In this document: one piece after another, positions 42,591-51,511 of the stretch
How the letters are laid out: each line of letters begins with the position of its first letter
Position numbering within the stretch: the stretch's first letter is position 1
NCBI GenBank assembly: GCA_026004035.1
Contig: BPII01000006.1
Span: forward strand, 14,296 to 78,295
Source of the DNA: Candidatus Sericytochromatia bacterium
GTDB lineage: Bacteria > Cyanobacteriota > Sericytochromatia > UBA7694 > JACMQJ01
Length of the DNA: 64,000 nt
Reading direction: 5' to 3'
Notes under the pieces: generated by a model
What the model was told of the DNA's origin: nothing
Database searches by the model: none
Seen by the model: only the letters and a program-made list of their open reading frames with translations
Made by a program: the position numbers and the translations under genes

Positions 42591-45434
42591 ATGAAAAAAA
42601 TATTAATAGTCTTATTTTCTTTAATTTTCATATTACCTAATTATTCTTGTCATTTACTAAAAAAAAACTTTGAAAATGATAATCATTATAATAAATCTAA
42701 ATTAGAAATAAATAATTATTTTTATACTCTTGATAATGGTTTAAAAGTTGTTTTACATCAGGATAAATCTGATCCTGTTGTAGCTTTATCAATAATGTAT
42801 CATGTAGGTTCAGCAAGAGAAAAAAAAGGTAAAACAGGTTTTGCACATTTATTTGAACATATGCTATTTCAAAGGTCTGAAAATGTAGGTGAAGACCAAT
42901 TCTTTAAAATAGTTCAATCGTTAGGAGGAAATCTTAATGGTTTTACTTGGAATGATGGGACTATGTATTTTGAGGTAGTACCTAAAAATGCTTTAGAAAC
43001 TATTTTATGGCTAGAATCTGATAGAATGGGATTTTTCATAAATAGTGTTACAAAGTCATCTTTTGAAAATCAAAAAAATGTTGTTCAAAATGAAAAAAGA
43101 CAAAGATATGATAATTCACCTTATGGGCATCAGTACTATGTTTTAGATAAGTTAATTTATCCAGAAAATCACCCTTACAATTGGCAAACTATTGGTGAAA
43201 TGAAAGATTTAAAGAATGCAACATTAGAAGATGTAAAAGATTTTTATGAAAATTTTTATGGGCCAAACAATGCAGTTCTAGTTTTATCAGGAGATTTTGA
43301 TATAGAAGAAGCTAAAAAATTAATAAATAAATATTTTGGTGAAATAAAACCTAAAAAACAAGTAAAACCATTAGAAGTAAGTAATATTACTTTAAATGAA
43401 AATAAAATTTTCTATTATGAAGATAATTTCGCAAAATTACCAAAGCTATTAATAGCTTATCCTAGTGTAGAATCATATTCAAAAGATTATTATGCTTTAA
43501 ACTACTTAGTTGATTTATTAAATAGTAAGTTTTCAGTAATATATAAATCTTTAGTAGAAGATAAGAAAATTATAAGTTCTTTTTCTATTTATCAAGATGC
43601 AGGAGAAATAGCAGGTAAAATTGTTTTTAATTTTAATGGTTTTGAAAATACTAATTTAGATGATGTAAAAAATTCTTTTTTTGAATCTTTAAAAAACTTT
43701 GAAAAAAACGGAATAAATGAAAAAGAAATTTTATCTTTAAAAGCTAAAAAAGAATTAGAGTTTTATCAAAATATGGAAACCGTTTTGAATAAATCATTAA
43801 ATATAGCTTATTATGTTTCTTATAAAAATGATCCTAATTATTACAAAAAAGAAATAGAAAATATATTGTCTGTAACAAAAGAGGATATTTTAAATGTTTA
43901 TAATAAATATATAAAAAATAAAAATAGTGCAATTTTAAGTATAGTTCCAAAAGGAAAAAAAGATTTAGTTGTAAAAAATTCTAAATTGTTTGAAATAAAG
44001 GAAGAGAATATACAAGAAGCAAATAATAATGAAAAGTTTATAAAGGAAGAAAAAATAATAAAGACTAAATCGTCATTTGATAGAAGTATTCAACCTAAAA
44101 TACTATATGAACCATACTTATCTTTACCAGAGATAACATCATTCTATCTACAAAATAGACTAAGAATAATACATTCAGAAAAAAATGAATTACCTTTAGT
44201 GAATTTTTCTTTAACAATAAATGGAGGACTATTAAAGGATGAGGATAATAAGGAAGGAACAGCTTATTTACTTGCAAAACTATTAAATGAAGGTACAGCT
44301 TTTAAATCAGCTGAAGAGTTTGAACAAGCTTTAAACGAATTAGGAGCAAGTATATATGTTACATCAAATAAAGAAGAAATAATAATAAATGTACAAACTT
44401 TATCAAGAAATTTTAATAAAACTATTTCTTTATTACAAGAATTACTATTAAATCCTAGATGGGATAATAAAAAATTAGAATTAATAAAATATCAAACTAT
44501 AAATGATTTAAATAAAATGGAAGCCAATCCAAATGATATCGCTAATAATATTTTAAATAAAGTCTTTTTTGGAAAAACAAAATTGTCATTTATACCACAA
44601 GGAACAAAAGAAACTTTAGAAAATATTTCTTTAGATGATTTAAAAAAATACTATGATAGAGTTTTCTCTCCTTCAAATTCATTTCTAGCAATTGTTGGGA
44701 ATATAACTAAAAATGAATTGATTACATCACTTGTAAATATTGAAACTTTATGGCAACCTAAATTTTTAACTAATAATAAAGTATATATAGAAAATAAATT
44801 AATTAAAAATACTTTGTATTTTTATAATTTACCTAATTCTAAACAATCTGTCATTTATGCTGGTTATCCATCAGAAAGTATGAATTACTATGATTACTAT
44901 AAAAATTATATAATGAACTATAAATTAGGTGGTGCTTTTACAAGTAATATTAATTTAGTTCTTAGAGAAGAAAAAGGTTATACTTATGGTGCTAGGACGT
45001 ATTTTATTAATAATAAAAATTATTCCATCTTTTTAGTATCTACAAGCGTTAAATCTAATACAACAGCAGATTCTTTAAAGATAATAAAACAAGAAATTGA
45101 AAGTTATTATAGTAAATTTAACGATGATGATTTTAAATTCACAAAAGAATCAATTTTAAGAAGTGATTCAATTAATTTTGAAAAGTTATCTTCTTATTTA
45201 AATATGCTTCAATCAATAGGTAAATATGATTTAGATTTAGATTATATACTTAAAAGACAAGATATTCTAAAAAATATTTCTAAAGATGAAATTATAAATT
45301 TAGCAAATAATTTAAAAAATAAAAACATTGTATATATAGTTGTAGGTGATGCAAAAACTCAATTAGAAGAGATAAAAGAACTAGGATTATTTAATGTAAA
45401 CCTTGTTAATTATAATGGAGATATTTTAGAATGA
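42591..45434 (+). CDS. M16-family (pitrilysin/insulinase) zinc metallopeptidase, tandem M16 units, lipoprotein-type signal
   Basis: Inverted zinc motif HLFEHMLF (HxxEH) with downstream E. 947 aa fits a two-unit M16B architecture. Signal peptide with LPNYSC lipobox-like cysteine. Confidence 0.75.
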   Translation: MKKILIVLFSLIFILPNYSCHLLKKNFENDNHYNKSKLEINNYFYTLDNGLKVVLHQDKSDPVVALSIMYHVGSAREKKGKTGFAHLFEHMLFQRSENVGEDQFFKIVQSLGGNLNGFTWNDGTMYFEVVPKNALETILWLESDRMGFFINSVTKSSFENQKNVVQNEKRQRYDNSPYGHQYYVLDKLIYPENHPYNWQTIGEMKDLKNATLEDVKDFYENFYGPNNAVLVLSGDFDIEEAKKLINKYFGEIKPKKQVKPLEVSNITLNENKIFYYEDNFAKLPKLLIAYPSVESYSKDYYALNYLVDLLNSKFSVIYKSLVEDKKIISSFSIYQDAGEIAGKIVFNFNGFENTNLDDVKNSFFESLKNFEKNGINEKEILSLKAKKELEFYQNMETVLNKSLNIAYYVSYKNDPNYYKKEIENILSVTKEDILNVYNKYIKNKNSAILSIVPKGKKDLVVKNSKLFEIKEENIQEANNNEKFIKEEKIIKTKSSFDRSIQPKILYEPYLSLPEITSFYLQNRLRIIHSEKNELPLVNFSLTINGGLLKDEDNKEGTAYLLAKLLNEGTAFKSAEEFEQALNELGASIYVTSNKEEIIINVQTLSRNFNKTISLLQELLLNPRWDNKKLELIKYQTINDLNKMEANPNDIANNILNKVFFGKTKLSFIPQGTKETLENISLDDLKKYYDRVFSPSNSFLAIVGNITKNELITSLVNIETLWQPKFLTNNKVYIENKLIKNTLYFYNLPNSKQSVIYAGYPSESMNYYDYYKNYIMNYKLGGAFTSNINLVLREEKGYTYGARTYFINNKNYSIFLVSTSVKSNTTADSLKIIKQEIESYYSKFNDDDFKFTKESILRSDSINFEKLSSYLNMLQSIGKYDLDLDYILKRQDILKNISKDEIINLANNLKNKNIVYIVVGDAKTQLEEIKELGLFNVNLVNYNGDILE

Positions 45435-46882
45435 TAAAAAAATTTTTTAAAAAATTATTCTTCTCATCTTTATCATTAATAATATTAAATTCATCATTAA
45501 TAGCTATTTCTAATGAATATTACGACACAGATGTAATAATAGCTGGTGCTGGACTTTCAGGTCTAACTTCGGCTTATAAACTAAATAAAAAAGGTATTAA
45601 ATTTAAAATTTTTGAAATTTCTGACAGGGTTGGGGGTAGATCAAGAACTGCTAAATATGATAATGGTATGAAAGTAGAAGCAGGATTAGCGGAATTTTGG
45701 GAAAGTAATCCTGCTATTGAACTTATAAAAGAATTAAACTTACCTACTGAAGAAGGACAAGGTTTCTCATCTTGTTTTATTAATAACACTTTATACAAAT
45801 ATACTCAAAATTCTAACGAAGAATTTTTAAAATCAATTTTTAATAAAAATGAATTTAATTCATTTTTGAAATGGGATAGAGAAGTAAAAATTTTACTTGA
45901 AAAGTTAAAAAATAGAAAACCTGATAAGAATATGATGAAATTAAAAGATATTTCTTTTGCTGATTGGGTAACAAAAAAACATAAACTACCCAAAAAAGTT
46001 TCTGAATGGATTAGAGTAACAATAGAGGTAGAAATAGGCACTTCTTGGGAAAATATCAGTGCTTTAGATGGTATAGATGAATGGCATATTTTTAATAATG
46101 GTGGTGAGAAAGAATATCATATTGTAAATGGTAATGAAACTTTAGCTCAAGAACTAGCAAAAAGAGTTGGATTAGAAAATATTTATATAAAACATCAAGT
46201 TGTTAGATTTAAAAATATAAAAGATGCTGTAGAAGTAGAAGTAATGAACAATGAAAACTTTGAACATAAAACATACAGAGCAAAATATGCTATAAGTACT
46301 ATTCCACTTTTTAGATTAGCTGAAGTCCAGTTTGAACCTCAACTACCAAAAAAGAAATATGATGCTATAAAAACTCAATCATGGGGTTCATATTTTACTG
46401 CACATGTATTTTTTGCTCCTGATACAAAAAAGTATTGGATAGATGATAAAGGTCAAAACATATTACCTATACTTTCTGATAGTCCTTTAGGTGTAATTTA
46501 TTCTGCTGATAGAAAAGATGATAAATCACCTTATATTGTTAATTTACTAATAACTGGTGAATATGCTGAAAAGTTTAATTATAGAGGACTTTTATTTGAT
46601 GAAATAAGAAATGAGTTAAACTTGGCTTTTGAAAAAATTTGGAAAGGCTCATCTAAAAAAATAATAAAATATGAGTTCTTTAGATATCATCCTAGAGCAA
46701 TAGCTGCATGGCCTGTTGGTAGGTCAAGATTTGATGAATTATCAGAAGATTTACGAAAACCATTTGGTAGAATATACTTTGCAGGAGATTTTACTGAAAG
46801 TTCTCATTCAGATGGTGCTATTAGGTCAGCTTTAAGAGTAGTAAATGATATTCTTAAAAAAGAGAAAAAGAATGAAAACTAG
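45431..46882 (+). CDS. FAD-dependent amine oxidase family protein (flavin monoamine oxidase-like), secreted
   Basis: DVIIAGAGLSGLTSAYKL (GxGxxG Rossmann) and EISDRVGGR motifs. Signal peptide. Overlaps upstream stop. Confidence 0.65.
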   Translation: MIKKFFKKLFFSSLSLIILNSSLIAISNEYYDTDVIIAGAGLSGLTSAYKLNKKGIKFKIFEISDRVGGRSRTAKYDNGMKVEAGLAEFWESNPAIELIKELNLPTEEGQGFSSCFINNTLYKYTQNSNEEFLKSIFNKNEFNSFLKWDREVKILLEKLKNRKPDKNMMKLKDISFADWVTKKHKLPKKVSEWIRVTIEVEIGTSWENISALDGIDEWHIFNNGGEKEYHIVNGNETLAQELAKRVGLENIYIKHQVVRFKNIKDAVEVEVMNNENFEHKTYRAKYAISTIPLFRLAEVQFEPQLPKKKYDAIKTQSWGSYFTAHVFFAPDTKKYWIDDKGQNILPILSDSPLGVIYSADRKDDKSPYIVNLLITGEYAEKFNYRGLLFDEIRNELNLAFEKIWKGSSKKIIKYEFFRYHPRAIAAWPVGRSRFDELSEDLRKPFGRIYFAGDFTESSHSDGAIRSALRVVNDILKKEKKNEN

Positions 46883-46893
46883 ATATTATTTTT

Positions 46894-49800
46894 ATGCATA
46901 GTAAAGAAATTACTTACAAATTACTAGAACATGATAATAATATAAATTCAATAGCTTTAAGTTATGATAATAAACTTATTGCTACTGGCGGATATGATAA
47001 TCAAATAAAAATTTGGAATTTTAACGATAATATAGATTTTTACAAAAAATTAGAAGGGCATCAAGATAATGTAAATTCAATATTGTTTTCATATGATAAT
47101 AAATATTTGTATTCATGCTCATCTGATAAAACTATAAAAATTTGGGATATAAAAAATTTCAAAGAATTAAAAACTTTTTATTCTCATACGGACGAAGTAA
47201 ATAGTATTTCTATAAGTCCTGATGGATTTACTTTGTCAAGCTGTAGCTCTGATAAAACAATAAAATTATGGGATTTAAACTCACAAAAAGAAATAACAAC
47301 ATTAATTGGACATCATGATAAAGTTAATTATACTCATTTTAGTAATAATAATAAGTATTTGCTTTCTTGTAGTGAAGATAATACTATAAAAATTTGGGAT
47401 TTAGAAAATTACAGAATAATAAAAATTATTCAATGCCATAGTAAAGGGGTATTACAGGCAAAATTTAATGTTGATTCATCCTTAATATTATCTTGTAGTA
47501 AAGATTTAACTATAAAATTGATAAACTTTGAAGGTTTGGAATTAAAAACTTTTAAAGGACATACAAAGGATATTTGCTCTGTTTTCTTTTTTAATAATGA
47601 ATATAATATAATATCAGCTTCAAAAGATAAAACAATAAAAATATGGGATATAGAAACTCAAAATGAAATAAAAACAATAAAAGCACATAATAAAGAAATT
47701 AATTCAATATTTATTTCAGATGATTATCGTAATATATTATGTTGTGGTAATGATAGATATATAAGTTTAATAAATCTAAAATTAGATGAAACTAAAAAAG
47801 AAATAATCAAAGAATTTTCTAAAACTAGCGATAATGACAACTTTCAGGAAGTTTTAAAAATAGAAAATTTTAGAGTAATAAAAAATTATTCTGATATTGA
47901 ATCACTTTCATATAGTTCTGATGGTAGAAATATAGCTGCTGCTTTAAGTGATTTTAGTATAAAAATATGGGATATAAATAATTTAAATCATAAAATAATA
48001 TCAGGTCACAAAGACACTATAAATCATATATCATTTAGCCCAGATGGTAATTATATAGCATCAGCTAGTTATGACAAAACAATAAGAATTTGGGATATTG
48101 AAAATAAGAGTGAATTAAAAGTTTTTAAAGGACATACCGAATCTGTAAAATTTATAACATATAGTCCCGATGGAAAATATTTAGCATCTTGTGCTGATGA
48201 TAAAACAATAAGACTTTGGTCAATATATTCGGGAGCACAAATTAGAATATTCAAAGGACATATAAATTGGATTTATCATTTAAGTTATAGTCCTGATGGA
48301 AAATATTTAGCATCTGCTAGTGCTGATGGAACTATCAAGATATGGGATACTGAATTAGGTAGTGAAGTTATTACTTTAAAAGGACATATAGATTGGGTTA
48401 ATTATGTATCATTTAATAATACAGGTAATATATTAATTTCTGCTAGTTCTGATAATACGATAAAGATTTGGAATTTAATAAATGGTAAGGAAATAAACAC
48501 TCTATCTGGACATAATGATAGTGTAATATTTACATCATATACAAGTGATAATAAATATATAATTTCTGCAAGTTTAGATAAAACTCTTAAAATTTGGGAT
48601 TCAGAAACATACAGCTTAATAGAAACTTTGAATATAACTGATACAGATAATTATAAAATAACTTTTAATCAAGTAAATAAATGTTTAGCTACTACTAATG
48701 ATGATAATAGTATTTTACTATGGAGATTATCAAATGTAAAAGTTCCAAAAGAAGAAAAAAATGAAGTAATCAAAAATAAAGTTGAAAAACTTGAAATAAA
48801 AAAGGAAGTAAAAGAAGATAAAGAAGAGATAAAAGATACTATTAAAGCTTTATCAATAAATATAAAAGAAATATCTAGCTTTAAACAAATAGGTTATATA
48901 AGTTATTTAACTTTTTCAAAAAATTCTAAATATGTTATAAGTGGAAGCTTTGATAGAAGTATAAAAATATTTGACATAAATGGTAATCTAATAAAAACTT
49001 TGGATGGTCATAATGGAGCAGTTTTATGTATTTGCAATACTAATGATGCAAATATAATAGTTTCTTCTAGTTCAGATAAAACTATAAGAATATGGGATAT
49101 AGAAAAAGGAAAACAAATAAATATATTAACAGGACATTCTGATACTATAAAAACTTTAGCGGTTAATAGCAATAATATATTAGCTTCAGGTGGAATGGAT
49201 AAGACAATAAAACTTTGGGATTTAGAAAAAACAAAATGTATAAAAACAATAAGTGCTCATGATGATTATATAAGTAATATAATTTTTTCTAAAGATGATA
49301 AATTGCTATTATCTTCAAGTTTTGATAAAAGCATAAAAATATGGAATACAGAAAATTATAGTATAGAAAAAGTTCTGTTCTCTTCAGATGCAAACATTAA
49401 TTCAATTGATATAAGTTTAGATAATAAATATGTTGTAGCTGCTTGTTCAGACAGAAAAATAAGAATATGGGAAATAGAAACAGGAAATTTAGTTAAAGTT
49501 CTAAAAGAACATCTAGGTAATGTTAATTCTGTAAAATATACAAAAGACTATAAATATTTAGTTTCTTGCAGTGTTGATAAAACTATAAAAATATGGGATA
49601 TAGAAGTTGGTATATCTGTAAATACATTAACAGGACACTTTGATGAAATATATAATGTAGATTGTTCTGAAAATAACTTGATAGTTTCTTGTACAGCTCA
49701 AGATACCATAACAGTATGGGAGTTTTTTCAAGGTAAATTTAAGCAATTTGAAAAAATGGACAATAAAGAAGAAAAAAAAGATTATAAAGAAGTTATTAAT

Positions 49801-50151
49801 ATAATAGACGAATATTACCCTATTGCATCTAAAATTGCTAAAAATGTGTATAATTTGCAATTAAAAAATCAAGAAACAGAAGATGAAGTATATAAGCCTA
49901 ATGTAGAATTATCTGATGATGAAAAGTTTTTATGGAATATTCTTATTGACTATGAAGAAATAGATGAAGATATTTTAAACATGATTTGTGAAGAAAAAAA
50001 TTTAAAAATAAATGTCAAAGATTTAATGAGTAAATTAGTAAATAAAATAAATGCTTTTTCAAAAGGCTTAATAGAAGTAATGAAAACTGATGACGGAAAT
50101 AGAATATATACAATAGTTGATTTAAAGATAGCAAAAGAAATTAAAGTTTAG
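46894..50151 (+). CDS. WD40-repeat protein, 1085 aa, two beta-propellers separated by a Lys/Glu-rich linker
   Basis: More than 20 repeats ending ...DKTIKIWD / WD. Central segment KVPKEEKNEVIKNKVEKLEIKKEVKEDKEEIKDT is charged and helical. No signal peptide. Confidence 0.7.
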   Translation: MHSKEITYKLLEHDNNINSIALSYDNKLIATGGYDNQIKIWNFNDNIDFYKKLEGHQDNVNSILFSYDNKYLYSCSSDKTIKIWDIKNFKELKTFYSHTDEVNSISISPDGFTLSSCSSDKTIKLWDLNSQKEITTLIGHHDKVNYTHFSNNNKYLLSCSEDNTIKIWDLENYRIIKIIQCHSKGVLQAKFNVDSSLILSCSKDLTIKLINFEGLELKTFKGHTKDICSVFFFNNEYNIISASKDKTIKIWDIETQNEIKTIKAHNKEINSIFISDDYRNILCCGNDRYISLINLKLDETKKEIIKEFSKTSDNDNFQEVLKIENFRVIKNYSDIESLSYSSDGRNIAAALSDFSIKIWDINNLNHKIISGHKDTINHISFSPDGNYIASASYDKTIRIWDIENKSELKVFKGHTESVKFITYSPDGKYLASCADDKTIRLWSIYSGAQIRIFKGHINWIYHLSYSPDGKYLASASADGTIKIWDTELGSEVITLKGHIDWVNYVSFNNTGNILISASSDNTIKIWNLINGKEINTLSGHNDSVIFTSYTSDNKYIISASLDKTLKIWDSETYSLIETLNITDTDNYKITFNQVNKCLATTNDDNSILLWRLSNVKVPKEEKNEVIKNKVEKLEIKKEVKEDKEEIKDTIKALSINIKEISSFKQIGYISYLTFSKNSKYVISGSFDRSIKIFDINGNLIKTLDGHNGAVLCICNTNDANIIVSSSSDKTIRIWDIEKGKQINILTGHSDTIKTLAVNSNNILASGGMDKTIKLWDLEKTKCIKTISAHDDYISNIIFSKDDKLLLSSSFDKSIKIWNTENYSIEKVLFSSDANINSIDISLDNKYVVAACSDRKIRIWEIETGNLVKVLKEHLGNVNSVKYTKDYKYLVSCSVDKTIKIWDIEVGISVNTLTGHFDEIYNVDCSENNLIVSCTAQDTITVWEFFQGKFKQFEKMDNKEEKKDYKEVINIIDEYYPIASKIAKNVYNLQLKNQETEDEVYKPNVELSDDEKFLWNILIDYEEIDEDILNMICEEKNLKINVKDLMSKLVNKINAFSKGLIEVMKTDDGNRIYTIVDLKIAKEIKV

Positions 50152-50158
50152 TTAAAAA

Positions 50159-50786
50159 TTATTTTGTAATATTAGTTTTTTTAGGCATAAGACATATTTC
50201 TAAGATAGCACTTAATATTTTAAGATATTCTTCATTTTTTTGAAATCTTTTTATTTTTTTTAATTCTTTTTTCTGTCTATCCAGTTTATCTTTTGTCTCT
50301 ATTAATTGATTTTTTAAAGCTATTAATTTATCTTCTTTTTTAAATCTTTTTATAAATCTTTGAATAAAGTTACCTTCATTTAAATCATTTTCCATGAATT
50401 CAACTTCTTGAGAAAGTTTTTCAACTTTTTTTTTTAATTGAAATAGCTTTCTTTTTAATTATTTTTATAAGTTCATCAAAATCATCATACCTTTGTTTAT
50501 AATCAGCTCCACCATCTTCATAAAAATCTCTACTTAGACCTGTAACCATACTTTTTAATAAATGTAATGTTGGTGAATGTCGTCTATCTAAATCTAATGC
50601 TGATATTATAAAGCTTATTGCTTTTTCTGTACTTCCTTCATTTAAGCTTATTAATGCCCATTGATATAAATAATCAGCATTTATATTAATACCTAGTTTA
50701 TGTTTATATTTATTATATAAATCACTTTCAAGATTTTTTTCAAGTAATGTAGCAATATTTACTAACTTAGACTTATCCTTATCCAT
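50159..50786 (-). CDS. Hypothetical ~200-aa protein split into ORFs 50421..50786 and 50159..50395 by a frameshift at a T10/A10 run (50426-50435)
   Basis: With A9 the reading ...IKKKVEKLSQEVEFMENDLNEGN joins both ORFs in frame. Confidence 0.4.
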
Positions 50787-50791
50787 TTTAA

Positions 50792-51364
50792 CTATTGACT
50801 ACGTTTTTTTAACCATTTTAATACAAATGCAGCATTTGTTTTTGAAATAATATCAGATGATTTTATATTTTCTATCTTGTTAATCATTTCTCTTTTTTCA
50901 CTATCTGAAAAATTTTTATTCATAAATTGTAATGGACCATTTATCATTTGTTCTTTGTGATTACCATCTAAATTTAAGAATTTATTTATTTCTTCATCAG
51001 ATATATCAGATGCAAATTCTTTTAAAAGCTTATTAGCTTGCTTACTTACTGATTTTAATTTTGAGTTATCAGAAATATCTATTTTTTTTATTTCTTTTCT
51101 TGGTAAAATAGTAATTTCATTTTTAAAAACTTTACTTTCTTGTTTCTGAATGTTTTCATTTATATCAAGTTGTTCTATTTCTTCACTAGTTACTTCTTCA
51201 AAATCTTCATAATCTTCATTTTCTTCTTCTACTTCAAATTGTTCTATTTCTTCATTAGTTACTTCTTCAAAATCTTCATCTTCTTTTAAAAAATCTAACT
51301 TAGAGTTTGAAGTACCTTCCTTGGCTGAAGATTTTTTTATTGAATCACCTTTATTAAAAGTCAT
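50792..51364 (-). CDS. Hypothetical acidic protein with tandem EEIEQ-type repeats
   Basis: NEEIEQFEVEEENEDYEDFEEVTSEEIEQLDINEN. The DNA shows a ~48-bp near-duplicate at 51167-51215 and 51237-51283. Confidence 0.35.
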   Translation of the reverse strand: MTFNKGDSIKKSSAKEGTSNSKLDFLKEDEDFEEVTNEEIEQFEVEEENEDYEDFEEVTSEEIEQLDINENIQKQESKVFKNEITILPRKEIKKIDISDNSKLKSVSKQANKLLKEFASDISDEEINKFLNLDGNHKEQMINGPLQFMNKNFSDSEKREMINKIENIKSSDIISKTNAAFVLKWLKKRSQ

Positions 51365-51511
51365 AAATCTCCTAAAACTACTATTATTCTAGTTTTTCTA
51401 GAAAAAAGTAGCTTTTTACAACATATAATATAATAATATTATACTTTTAGAAAAATTAATAATAAAGTTACTTGATTTAATTATTTTATTATAAAAATTT
51501 TTATATAAAAA

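Noticed and set aside
51398-51425. Short palindromes (TCTAG-N5-CTAGA; AAAAAG-TAG-CTTTTT) between 50792..51364 and 51512..53887 as a terminator
   Set aside because: Stems are 5-6 bp and AT-rich with no proper T-tract in the transcribed orientation. Too weak to call.
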